Assembly (NCBI RefSeq): GCF_004010195.1
Contig: NC_057718.1
Location: 16,511,418 to 16,575,417 of the forward strand
Source: Chiloscyllium plagiosum
Lineage: Eukaryota
Direction of reading: 5' to 3'
DNA length: 64,000 bases
Positions 50,341 to 63,034 of this stretch are shown piece by piece. The notes under the pieces are model-generated. The model was given only the letters and a program-made list of their open reading frames with translations, made no database searches and was not told the DNA's origin. Both the position numbers and the translations under genes were made by a program. The first letter of the stretch is position 1. Each line of letters opens with the position of its first letter.

Positions 50341-52195
50341 TCAAAGAACAAAGAACATTTACAGCCCAGGAACAGGACCTTCGCCACTCCAAGCCCGAGC
50401 CAATCCAAATCTACTGTCTAAACCTATTGCCCAATTCCTAAGCATCTGTATCCCTCTGCTCCCCACATACTCATACATTTGTCCAGACGCACCTTAAATG
50501 AATCTACCATGCCTGCCTCTACTGGCAATGCATTCCAGGCACCTACCACCATCTGTGTAAAGTACTTGCTGCGTATATCCCCCTCAAACTTTTGAACACA
50601 TGACCTCCCATTATTGAATTCCTCACCCTGGGAAAAAACTTATCTCTATCCACCCTGTCTATACCCTTCATGATTTTGTAGACCTCAATCAGGTCCCCCT
50701 CAATCTCCTTTTTCCTAATGAAAACAATCCTAACCTACTCAACCTCTCTTCATAGCTAGCAACATCCTCGTAAACCTTCTCTGCACCCTCTCCAAAGCAT
50801 CCACGTCCTTTAGGTAATTAGATTAGATTAGATTAGATTACAGTGTGGAAACAGGCCCTTCGGCCCAATAGGTCCACACCGACCCGCCGAAGCGCGGGTC
50901 TCTGGCGCTGTGAGGCAGCAGTGCTAACCACTGTGCCACCGTGCCGCCCACAAATGTGGCGACCAGAACTGTACACAGTATTCTAAATGCAGCCGAACCA
51001 ATGTCTTGAACAATTTTAGCATGACCTGCCAGCTCTTATACTCAAAACCCCGTCCGATGAAGGCAACCATATCATATGCCTTTTTGACCATTCTATCCAC
51101 CTGTGCAGCCACCTTCAAAGTACAATGGACTTGAAATCCCAGATCTCTCTGCTCAGCAACTTTACCCAAGGCTCTTCCGTTTACAGTATAGTTGGCTCTA
51201 GAATTAGACTTCCCAAAATGCATCACCTCACATTTGTCTGGATTGAACTCCACCTGCCACTTCTCTGCCCAACCCTCCGGTCTATCTATATTCTCCTGTA
51301 TTCTTTGACAGTCACTTATGCTTTCTGCTACTCCACCAATCTTCAAGTCATTTGCAAACTTACTAATCAGACCAATGATGCCCTCTTCCAGATCATTTAC
51401 GTATATTACAAACAATAGTGGCCCCAGCACTGATCCCTGTGGAACACCACCTTTCTCCATTTCAGGAAACTCCCTTCAACTACTACTCTCTGTGTCCTGT
51501 TACTCAACCTTTTCTTTACCACCCAGCTAGAACATCCTGCACACCATGTGACTTCACTTTCTCCATTAGTTTACCATGGGAAACCCTATCAAACGCATAA
51601 CTAAAGTCCATGTACATGACATCTCCAGCCCTTCCTTCATCTATCAACTTGGTCACTTCCTCAAAGAACTCTATTAAAGTTGATAAGGCACAATCTACCC
51701 TGCATAAAACCATGTTGCCTATCACTGATAAGCCCATTCTTTTCCAAATATAAATTATATTTTACCCCTCAGTATCTTCTCCAGCAACATTCCCACCACT
51801 GACGTCAGGCTCACTGGTCTGTGGTTACCTGGAATATCCCTACTACCCTTCTTGTACAGGGGGACAATATGAGCAACCTTCCAGTCCTCCGGCACCTCAC
51901 CTGTGTTTAAGGATGCTACAAAGATATCTGTCAGGGCCCCAGCTATTTCCTCTCTCACCTCCCTCAACAACCTGGGATAGATCCCATCTGGTCCTGGCGT
52001 TTTGACCACCTTAATATCCTTTAGCCTACCCAACAGATCTTCCCTCCTTATGTCAACATGATCCAGAGTAAACACAAAGATCTCCAGTGATCAGCTCCCC
52101 TCTGGCCCAGGGACCGTACAGAGAGCCACCTGAAGCATTCATCACCTCCTGTTCCTCAGTGGACACTGATGCAAAGTAATCATTGAGAATCTCTT
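50341..52195 (-). mobile_element. CR1-type LINE RT and 3' end (internally deleted)
   Basis: ORFs GVPQGSVLGPLLFVIYVNDL..KFAND, MDFSYAFD, PGPDGIYPRLL..RPVSLTS; tail AAAGAACAAAGAAC. Confidence 0.92.
50817..50949 (-). mobile_element. Internally deleted HE1-type SINE nested in CR1
   Basis: (ATTAG)n tail piece fused directly to the head ..CACTGTGCCACCGTGCCGCCC. Confidence 0.85.
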
Positions 52196-54687
52196 TGCAT
52201 CGATGAGAGAGATATTAAATGAATATTTCGTGTCAGTATTTACTGTGGAGAAAGAAATGTAGGCTAGAGAATTCAGGGAAATAAATATTGATGTTTTGAA
52301 AATGGTTCACATTACAGAAGTGGACATGCTGGATGGCTTAGAAAATATAAAGGTTTATAAATCTCTAGGACACGATCCCAGGATGCAATGGGAAGTTAGG
52401 GAGGAAGTCACACCGTCCCTTGCAGAAATATTTATATCATGTATAACTACGAGTGAGGTGCTGGATGACTGGAGAGTGCTAATGTTGAACCTTGTTTAAG
52501 AAGGAGTGTAAGGAGAAGCCTGGGAACTATAGATCTGTGATTCTGATTTTGGTGGTGGGTAGATTGTCAGAGGTGATTCTGAAAGATAGAATTTATATGC
52601 AATTGGAGAGGCAAGGAATGATTTGGGATAGCCAGCATAGTTGTGTGCAAGGAAATTGAATGTTTTGAGGAAATAACCAAGAAGATTGATGAAGCAGAGT
52701 GGTAGACATTGTTTACTTGGACTTTAGTAAAGCCTTTGACAAGGTTCCGCATGGTAGACTAATTAGTAAAGTTAGATCACATGTGATTCAAGATGAGCTT
52801 GCCAAATGGATACAAAATTGGCAGGAGACAGAGTGATGGTAGAGAGTTGTTTTTCAGGCTGGAGGTCTGTTACCAGCAGTGTTCCACAGGGATTGGTGCT
52901 GGATTTACATCTGGTAGTCATTTATATATGAGATTTGGATGAGAATATAGACAGCATGGTTAGTAAGTTTGCAGAATACACCACAATTGATGGTATAATG
53001 GATTGTGAAGAAGGTTATTTAAAATTACAAAGAGATCTTGATCAATTGGGTCATTAGGCTGAGGGGTGGCAAATGACTTTAATTTGGAGAAATGTGAGGT
53101 ATTGCATTTTGGCAAAACCAACAAGGGCAATTAAAAGTAAGGCCTTGGATAATGTTGTAGAAGAGACACCAGGGGTTCAGGTACATAATTCTTTGAAGTT
53201 TGCACCACATGTAGACAGGGTGATTAATAAGGCATTTAGCATGCTTGCCTCCATTGCTCAGACCTTTGAGTAGGGGAATTGGAAGGTTATGATGGTGGAG
53301 AGGCCTCTTCTGGAGTCCTGTCCACATTTCTAGTCATTCTGTTAAAAGAAGGATATTATTAAGCTGAAGAGGGTTCAGAAGGGAGTTACCAGATGTTGCC
53401 AGGAATGGAGGGTTTGAGCTATAAGAAGAGACTGGATAGGCATGGAACCTTTTTCAATGGAGCATAGGAGGTTAAAGGGTGACCTTATAGAGGTTTATTA
53501 AATCATAAGAGGTATAGATAAGGTGAACAACAGGTGTCCTTTCCCTAGGGTGGGGGATTTCAAGACTAGGGGTTTATTTTTAGGTGAGAGGAGAAAGACT
53601 TAAAAAAGACATGAGCAATTTTTTTTTACACTGGGAATAGTTCGTGAGTGGATTGAACTTCCAGAGGAAGTGGTGAATGCAGGTACACTTACAATGTTTG
53701 AAAGACATGAGGATAATTACATGAAAAAGAAATGTTTGGACAGATATGGGCCAACTGTAAACTAATAGGACTCGTTTAGTTTGGGATTATGGCCAGTTTG
53801 GACTGGTTGGACCAAAGAGTCTGGTATCATGCTGTATAACTCTATAAATTAACAACAAATTTTACTTATAGGGTGATTTTAATATAGTTAAAATCCTCAA
53901 GATAGTTCACAGAAGAATTGATAAACAGTTTAAAAAAAAGTCATATAAGATGATATTAGGATAGATGATGAAAGACTGGACAAAGAAAGAGGTTTAACCA
54001 AGCATTTAATGGAGGAATGTTAGGTACAGAATTTGTTTTGATCCCAGCCGATGGTAGTACTGGACCAGTCAGATCCCAGTGTAAAACTTGGCTTGATTGA
54101 TCATAAGTTTTGCTTCTGTCATTGAACATATTCATATGAGGCTTCTAATGTTCTTTTAACAAAACACAAATTTATCATCCAAAATTTTAAAAAGATAATT
54201 TAGAAATATCTTGATATAAACAGCAGAAAAAGTAAAGGAACTGAACCCTTTGCTGGCAATACCTTTTAAAGTCACTCAAGCCCAGTAAAATAACATTCCT
54301 GACTTCACTTTAAGTTTTTTTACTCAACTAACTTTCTGCACATTCAGCAGATGAATACTCTCTGTCTTTCCCAGAGATATGTAAGTATGGACATACTCAC
54401 TGACTCTATCCAACTCTCCTCCTCGATTGATGAACATCTTAGTATTTCTTTTCACTTCTGATAGCCTGGATACGTCTCTTCAATTCTAATTGCATGGAGA
54501 TTTCTATCAACTCTCTCAATTTCTACAAACTAAATGCCCCTTCTGCTGAAATGAAACTGCTCTTCTGAACAGGAACCTGATTTTGGCCTCTGACCATCTG
54601 TCCTTCTGAAGCCATCAATTTTCCAGTTTGTAAAAAATTCATTAAATAACCCCCCCCCCCAGTTTGCTAAAACTCACTTAACTTTTA

Positions 54688-54907
54688 GTCATGATTTGGA
54701 GATGCCAGTGTTGGACTGGGCTATACAAAGTTAAAAATCACACAACATCAGGTTATAGTCCAACAGGTTTAGTTGGAAGCACTAGCTTTCGGAGCACAGC
54801 TCCTTCATCAGGTGGTTGTGAAGCCTGGTGAAGGTGCAGCACTCATAAAGCTAGAGCTTCCAATTAAACCTGTTGGACTATAACTGGTGTTGTGTGATTT
54901 TAATTTT
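54688..54907. mobile_element. Fold-back PLE-derived element, family A
   Basis: GTCATGATTTGGAGATGCCAGTGTTGGACTGGG tail plus inverted arms; minus-strand core CAC-CTGATGA-A-GGAGC(TGT)GCTCC-GAAAG-CTA-GTG at ~54779-54814; TSD degenerate. Confidence 0.85.
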
Positions 54908-57900
54908 GACTTAAGTCACATGCTTTCCTAAAAATTAGGTTTGAACACTAGTTGTTTAAAACAATGAACAACAAAATTCTAGGCTACACACATCAGCTCA
55001 TTTTATAAAGTTTTTCCAAACAATGTAATTTTATCACATACCATACATAAAAGGAATTAGTGAAGAAATTATTTTAATAGCTATAGCATCGAAACAGGAA
55101 ATATTGAGGTGACTAAGAATATGAGAAACGGGATTATAAGCATCTTCTGAGGCTGGGATCAGCCAAAAATAGCTCCTCCAGGCAATTTGGTTTCTTGGTT
55201 CCATCCTGTCTTGGGGCCAGAGAAGACCTGCTTAGGTGCCAGGAGACTTCTCATGTAGAGGGGCTTCTCATCTCATGAAGGTCCTGCTAGCTCAAGCCTT
55301 TCTTAACTTAAGGTTTGAAAGAGATGGAACTGGCATTGAGTAACTTTCTGTACCAATGAAGAGGATCCAGAAGTTACCTGTCATGACGGACTGACCTCCA
55401 GAGGGACTCATAAGAAGTGCAAGGCACTTGGTGAAGGCAAGCAGCAAGGAAGTGCAAGTGAGGATGAGGGAAATGCTGAGAAGTGAAGTTCCTTCCAAGG
55501 GCTGGGGCTCATCAATAAAACTGATTAAAATATTTCCAGCTTGTATCTTTGAATAAAGATGCTCTTCCTGCTGTGCACTCACCTCAGTGATACTTGAAAA
55601 TTGCTGAAGTTAGAAGTCACACAACATCAGGTTATAGTGCACAAACTTTAGGAGCCCATTCGTCAAGTGTAGTGATATATATTTGAGGGTTGAAACGGTT
55701 CTTAATTTTTAAGTATCTTAGTTACTTAGCCAATACAAGGGTTCCAGCTCATCTTCAATTCCATCCTAACGAAACTTTGATGAGGGCAGAATCATGTTAA
55801 AATCCTATTTCAACATTCAATTTCAAAGGATTTAATGCCTGTGCACACCCAAGCTTGCTTCCTCTTGGCAGTTAGTACTCAGCCCATTGTTTCCTATGGA
55901 ACTATTCATGGATGCACAAAGATCATCGTTGGAAATTTTTCCTTAGGGTCCAGAGGAAATTCCTGATATTAAAATTGCTGGAATTCCTGGAACAAGTCTT
56001 AACGGATTGTGCTATGGCAGGTAAAAAGGAATGCAGTATGAATGTGTGAAACACTCATGGCTAACATTGATTTATATACCTTGAGCAAAGCCATGGATGG
56101 ATTAGATTCACATTTGGACAGCATGGACGAATTGGACCAAGGGGTCTGTTTCCATGCTGTTTGACTCTATGATTCTATATAATAATCAGGATTGGTATAT
56201 TTTGTTTAGATTTGAATTAATTTTAATATAATAGTTTTAGAATGAAGAACAATTACTTGCAGACATCCACGGTTACATCATTGCCATATCACTATGATAA
56301 TACAATATACTAAGAAAGATCTTGGGGAAAATCATGTATCTAATTTACAAATTTCTCCTCTATGAGAGCCATGACAGTTGCAAAGGAAGTAGTCATTATT
56401 TAGAGCAGGAACAATTCATCCCCAAAGGACGTGCTTTATTAGTTAGTGAGTCACCGATGATAAACTTTCTGTAATTCCTAAGAAGAGCCATTGTTGAATA
56501 ATTAGGTGACCTACATTTTCACATAGAAGGAACAATGAATATTGTGCAGATCTTGGCAAATGAACATAAATTGAACAGACCCTACTAAATGCAAATGGAA
56601 CAACAAATTAGATTTACCTGGGCTTTAATACAGAAAATCATGAAATGACCTGAAGTGAAAACTGAAGTCATTTTCAGTTTAAGCTGAATAACAGCCATAC
56701 TATTGAGTTTCTGTATTGCATCATGCACGGTAAATGATGTAAAAGTTAGACAAAGTAGTGTTTAGTATAATTTAAGTTTTACTGCTGTTCCGATAGGCTA
56801 ATCTCAGAGTGGATAGCAGATCAGAATCCAAACTCACTAGGATAGGATAGTGATCATGATCTAAAGGTTTGCTCTGTATATTTCAAATGTAGAGGGCACA
56901 CTTGATGAAGCTTCTATCAAATCTGACATAATGAAGTGTAAACAGACAGACAATAAACAAGGATCCTACAACTTCTAGGTATGAGTGATGCAAGAGACCA
57001 GATTCATTAGTACTCAGTCTAAAGTGAAGGGATACAGAAGATGAATCACACAAACTTTGATTCAGTCTCTCTTACCTGTTATGGTTCCATCTCTCCTATT
57101 ACATTTCTTGTTCTGTCATGTGAGTGACAGATTAGAGAGCATCAATTCATTAAATGAGCATTAATGTTTATGTCTGTATATACTTGTATGATTTGCTGAT
57201 TCATCATAGTACAATATGTCACATGTACACGACAGTACCATGATAAAAATGGCACATATTTCCTGCCATCCTACTCCAAAGAAAATCCACATTTTTTTAT
57301 AACAAGAGTGGACCAACTGAAATTCAAAGTAGACTCCAACAAAAAGCTGATTAATACGAGAAAAATACATCTCAATGTGATGAAACAAATACAGCATCTG
57401 TTGCCATATGAATATGTAGTGGCTATCTCTGTATCATTTCACTATCTGGGATGAGCTATTCCAGAAAATGAACCAACTCAAATGCTTAACAGTACAATGA
57501 TCATATTAGTTAATTCTAGGGTGAAAAGCTTCACAAATAAATTGGCTGCATTCTGACCATTTTGACAGAAATAGGAGTGGATACAACTCCAGTATGAGGT
57601 AAAGCATAAGGTTGCAAGAATTCTAAAGAGTGGTGACATATTTTTCTGAAATAGCAAAATAAAAGCATTTTAATTACAATCTGTTCTATAAAATGTGCTA
57701 TGTCTGAAGTGAAGTGTGAAACTGAATAAAGACCAAATTAAATCTTTATTCCATAAAAAAATAAACTAGATCAGACTTAAACTTATGTTACTCAGTGGCT
57801 GGTTTTAAAATAAGCTTAAGTATCCTGTGGAGATAGGTAACTGGAGTTTAGGTTTGCGTGGATTTACTAATTATTCATATAATTAGGCGAAATGTAAATC

Positions 57901-58616
57901 ATTTGATGGATCAAATCTGAACTGCTCACATTAAATGCATAAAGTGATTGTGGGGTATGGGTGAGGGCTGCATTTAGTGGTTGGTTTAAGGATGTAGTGG
58001 TTGGGAATCATGCCACCTTCCTGCCCCCAGATGGAGTGTTTATGCTGTGGACAGCCTTTCCACCTTGACGGTAATTAATACCCACTTAAGGGCCTCATCC
58101 TGAGGCTGAAGGTATTAACTCAGAGTGAACAGACAACTTGCTATGTGGGGAGCATGAAAGATTGCACCTGTGGTGAGGATGGAAGACATCCCTTGTTAAT
58201 AAAGGCACAATGCCTGATTTCGGGACCCAACATCGGGAAGAGAGCAAGACCAATGAAAGCCAAACCATGGCCTTTGTTACTGACTGCTTTACTCCTCTGA
58301 TGACCCCAGCCTGTGACATCCCATTTGCCAACATTCATTTATACCTGGACTTCTCTTCAATCCAAGTTCTTGGGTGGGAATAGTTCCAGCAATATTCTTT
58401 GCGTCCCTTGTGGTGCTATTGACATAGAAGAGTTTTGTGTGGCAGGATTTCTCTACCCTGGGATCATTGATTTCAAGGGATGGCGCATTTCCGGTCTATC
58501 AAGATGCAGTGTGCCTTCTCAGAAAGAAGCAACGTGATGATCATGACAACTCTCCAGTCATCCATCATTCTCACAAGATTTTGCCCTGCTTTAGGACTCT
58601 GTTCAGTATGCTGCCT

Positions 58617-58865
58617 CTAGGTATACAGGTCCACAATTCCCTGATCATGGCAACACAAGTCGATATGGTGGTCAAAAAGGCATATGGCAGAACAGGTACA
58701 AAGCAACATTTAAGAGGCATCTTGACAGATACATGAACAGACAGGGAACAGAAGGATACAGATCATGTAGAGGAAAAAGGTTTTTAGTTTAGAAACGCGT
58801 CATGTGTCTGCGCTGGCTTGGTGGGTCAAAAAGCCTGTACCTGTGCTGTACTATTCTTTATTCTT
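58617..58865 (+). mobile_element. Deleted CR1-type LINE 3' fragment
   Basis: LGIQVHNSL..QVDMVVKKAYG joined to the 3' UTR. Confidence 0.75.
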
Positions 58866-60414
58866 TGTATGCAAATGCCAGTTGATAATTGCTTTCATTT
58901 AAACTGGAGATTAGTGAGGGAAAATCTAAAATATCTCCAATTAAGATTTAATAATAAAAACATGAAGCATAAATGTAAATTCTATTATTTTCTTTCTTAT
59001 GGCTGCACCTATGATATTCCACATATTTGACTGAAAATACGTGACTAAGTATTTAAAGCAAGTCTCAAGGTTTGACCATCTGATGGCGTTAATTGTGTTA
59101 TCAAAGATGAAAACATAGCAGTATTTATGGATCTTGTCTCAAAATTGATCAGTGTCAATTCTGTGAGTGGGATTTAATTACATTTCACTAAATTCTAATT
59201 GTGATCAGGCCAGTTTGTGTAAGGACTAATAACACTTAGTTTGAAGAAATACATCAAATATTAACAAGTACTAGAATAACTGGTCCATAAAATTTAAAGT
59301 AGGTCTTGTACAAAGCACATTTAAATAAAAAGCACCTTAGTATTGAAGTTATTACCTAAATACTGATACACATTCTAGCTCTATCTCCATTATATACTTT
59401 GGACTTTGCAGGTCAACCAATATAATACTAATTGCAGATGCATAGAATGACCAGCTTGCAACAAATAAGTGAACTTTATAATGCATTTAATATTTCTTTT
59501 CATTGGTTTCTATACATATTTTTTAAAGAAAAATATCAGATTGAAATGTGTGGGTGTATTCTAATCAATCTGAACAGAATACTTATGATGGAGTAGATTA
59601 TCATATTCTTAATTGGGCTGTAGCTGAATCTTGATTAATGAATCACAAGCTTGCCAAAAAATATTACATTTGGATCAGAGTTATGTGTAAAGATCTCTAT
59701 AGACTGCTTGAAAGAAAAATAACCAGCTCATAAGACCTCAATCTCATCTAATTTATGCAACTCATGAATTTGAATGAAAATACTTTGCCTTTCCCACTAC
59801 AGATTTCGAGTATGGGAGAGGTAGTTTAATTCTCTAAGAATGATAATACTCAACTGAAGTGCAGCAACTGAAAATTCAGAATACAGGCTTGCTCAGAAAA
59901 GATTTGTAACTTGATTTCACCGTACAAAATTGTATTGTTAATCACTGGCTTATAAAGAGTTATGCTGAGTATGATTACATAAACAAGCATCAAGAAGCAA
60001 GTGCATTATGCCGAGCATGACATAAGTGGTAATGTTACTTTTGTAAATGACAGATACCTGACAAATTTTCAGGTTATGCAACACGGTTGAGTTAAATTTT
60101 AAAGTATTATAGTGATCACCAATTCTAGGTAGACTTGGTACTGTGCTTGAAATAAGAAGCTGTACAGGAATAGCATTACACTAAGTTAAGGAAACCCAAA
60201 ATCAACAAAAGTACTTTGCAAAGCAATTAATCTTCTTTCTTAAACTACTTAAAAGAAACTGAAAACATATTAGAAAAAAGAAATCACTCCTGTTCCAACA
60301 TTTTTAATGATTTCTGATTAGAAACATGAATTGTAATCATGTAATGCCTATGGCATTTGTTATAGTTTTCAGGTTTTATTTTTCATGCTATAGATTTGAA
60401 GAAAAGAAGTTAAT

Positions 60415-61442
60415 CAGTGGATCAGTGTTTGTGCCCAGCTAATATGTATATGCACACAATGATTCAAAGACTTTGAACCAAATGTAATATTTCCAAGTTT
60501 GGTGATGATACAAAACTATGTGGCAATACGAGTTGAGAGGGGAAATATTAAAAATATAGAAAATAGTAGCGGGAGTAGGCCATTTAGCCCTTTGAGCCTG
60601 CTCTGCCATTGAATACGACTGTGGCTGATCAAAGGCTTCAAGAGAATCAAACAGGCTAAATGAGTGGGCATAAATCTGGAATATAACATAAAAATGTGTA
60701 GCTAACGACTTTGGGAAAAAAATAGAAATGCAGTGTATTTCTCAAATGGTGAAAGATTGGAAATGTTGCCATTCAAAAAGGCTTGGATGTCCTTGTTTAT
60801 AAGTTACTGAAAACTAAAAGACAAGTGCAAGGAGCAATTAGGAAGATGAATGATATGTTGGCCTTAATTGCAAGGAGTTTGAGCACAGGGATAAAGATAT
60901 CTTGGTTCAATTGTATAGAACTGCACCTAGAAATATTGTGTACAATTTTGGTCTCCTTTCCTCAGGAAAGCTGTACTGACCACAGGGGGAGTTCAGTGAA
61001 AGTTATCAGTCTAATTCCTGGGATGTTGGACTACCCTATGATGTGAGATTGCAGAGACTGAGCATGTATTCTGTACTGTTTATTATATCAGACTGTAAGA
61101 GCTTACAAAATTCTTGAAAGACAGGAAATATGCAGAAAGAATTGGCTGAGCATTATAGAACCAGGTGCAGCTCAAAATAAGAGGTAAGCTTTTTAAAATT
61201 AAGATCAGGAGGAACTTCTTCACTCCTCGGTGATGAATCTTTTTGGTATTCACTGTATTGGTTCAGTCATTGAGTATATTCAAGACAGAGGTCAATATAT
61301 TTTCTAGACATTAAAAATATCAAGGAGTATGAAGGTATGAAAATAGTGTAGGTGTAGAAAAGTAGCCATAATCTAGCTGCATGGCAGTGCACGCTCAACA
61401 GGCTGAGCGCCTAATCCTGCTTCTACTTCCTACAATCCTATG
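60415..61442 (+). mobile_element. Old CR1-type LINE fragment with a short antisense CR1 tail at ~60550-60632
   Basis: AAGTTTGGTGATGATACAAAAC (KFxDDTK), AGGAGGAACTTCTTCACT, tail TTCCTACAATCCTATG. Confidence 0.78.
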
Positions 61443-61755
61443 TCACTATGTAATATGATTATACATTTAAGCATTATGTATTGTCCAGGAAATTGTCAAT
61501 GATTAAACTTAACATGTTCTGATCAGGTATTCATTTATCTAGAAGTCACTTTAAATATTTGAGGATGATTCTCTTGGTTTGGAACTGATGTTCACTTGAT
61601 CATAATTACACTGAACACAATCATGTTCAATTCCAGTTACAAAACTTTTACTTTGCAGTAGGAATTCATTGCCTGTTTCCAATCAAAACCAAGGAAACAT
61701 TGACAACAAAATTCAGAGTAAGATGCTCAGCAGATACTGCGGGAATGCTACGTAC

Positions 61756-61887
61756 CTTTGTTTCATTCTTTCATGCATTGTTCCATGTTGGATGCACTGG
61801 TTTTCCATTTCATCATTTCTTGCCTGCAGTTTCTCCAATCTTTCCTGTAAATACTCTTTGTCCTGGCAAAGCTGGCCAACCTCTGAT
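61756..61887 (-). CDS. SDCCAG8: SDCCAG8 internal coding exon near the C-terminus (132 bp, phase 2/2)
   Basis: Minus-strand acceptor ...TTACATATTCCAG|A and donor CAAAG|GTACGT. Translation (R)SEVGQLCQDKEYLQERLEKLQARNDEMENQCIQHGTMHERMKQ(R) closely resembles recalled human SDCCAG8 RSEIAQLSQEKRYTYDKLGKLQRRNEELEEQCVQHGRVHETMKQR. It splices in frame to the 8600 exon. Confidence 0.92.
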
Positions 61888-62309
61888 CTGGAATATGTAA
61901 TCAATTTTACAAATGAGAATAGCTGAGGAAAGACCAATTGTAATAAAGAAACATCATGACAAAAGCAACAATAATGCCTGTCCATGTGCAATTAAATGTG
62001 AAGGAATAAAGTTGATGAATGAGAAAGCATCATCTTAACTATTTATTATAAAATTTTCAACTCTGAAACCAAAGTCACAAGTAAGATCCTTCATGACTAT
62101 GATGACAGCCCATTAATGTTCCTCAATTGTTTTGTAGCCTTTGATATGTTTGGCCCCATTTTGACATTGGAACCTGTGCTTTCAAAGTTTGCATGTTTTG
62201 TATTAACTGAGAACGAGAAATGAAAAGAGACGTTGATTAAGGAAACCGACCCTTCCAATTTCTAAGCAAACAAAAACGGAAATTCAGATCTGGAATCCAA
62301 ACATCTGGG

Positions 62310-62470
62310 TAGAGTCATAGAGATGTACAGCATGGAAACAGACCCTTTGGTCCAACCCGTCCATGCCGGCCAATATCCCAACCCAATCTAGTCCCACCTG
62401 CCAGCACCCGGCCCATACCCCTCCAAACCCTTCCTATTCATATACCCATCCAAATTCCTCTTAAATGTTG
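62310..62470 (-). mobile_element. CR1/HER1-type 3' tail
   Basis: TAGAGTCATAGAGATGTACAGCATGGAAACAGACCC.. Confidence 0.85.
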
Positions 62471-63034
62471 AAGTGAAGTGAGACGATTTAAAAGGAAACA
62501 AAGCCATCCGAACTCAGTAGCAGTGTTTGATGCGTCCAATAGTGCAATACAGGCAAGGTGAAGAAGAGTGGCTCAATCCAGAAGCTGAGAATAAGTTGCT
62601 AGATCTGCTTCTATTACTTGAAGATAGATGAATCTACACCATCCAGACCAGGTTAAGGAGGTTTTGTAGGTATGTAACATTTTTGGTGTTGCCTGAGGAG
62701 ATCAGTTTGGTGTGTGCTGCTGGTTGACTGGAGAACTGGCTACACCCTAGAGGACAAAGAGCCAAAAATTTCTGAATCTCAAAGTTTTGAAGGATTTTGT
62801 GACTAGGTTTAATTACCTATATAGTGTGTAGTCTGCTGAGCCAAATAGTAAGATCCATCTCAGTTGTATCAGTTATTTAACATTTCATTTATACTTTATG
62901 AGTGACCATAATTTGCCTTTTAATTCATGTCAAAATTACAACGATTTTAATGGAACAGTATAGGATGTTCACAAAGATTGATTTAATGCTTGCTTCCCAT
63001 GACTAATGTATCATAAAAATTATTTTGCTTTAAA

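Larger units (their letters stand above)
50180..53846 (+). mobile_element. Degraded CR1-type LINE (50180-50340 joined to 52202-53846), split by an antisense CR1
   Basis: LKDQRGCLCAEPQ ends at 50340 and continues ..GAGATATTAAATGAATATTTCG at ~52210; GACTTTAGTAAAGCCTTTGACAAGG; tail ATAACTCTATA. Confidence 0.85.
8601..61755 (-). other. SDCCAG8: SDCCAG8 intron, 53,155 bp, GT-AG, phase 2
   Basis: GT at 61755-61754 and AG at 8602-8601 on the minus strand. The flanking exons join as AG|A (Arg) to give continuous MKQR-LQQLD homology. Confidence 0.85.

Noticed and set aside
54034..55045. Possible additional solo LTR
   Set aside because: It has a TG start and LTR-like composition, but I could find neither a defined end nor a TSD.
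30080..58310. GC-richer patches (30080-30750, 37690-38310, 45030-45480, 48105-48470, 55110-55800, 57940-58310) and their short ORFs as exons
   Set aside because: No recognisable protein or consistent splice pattern. They are probably old non-autonomous DNA-transposon relics, too decayed to delimit.
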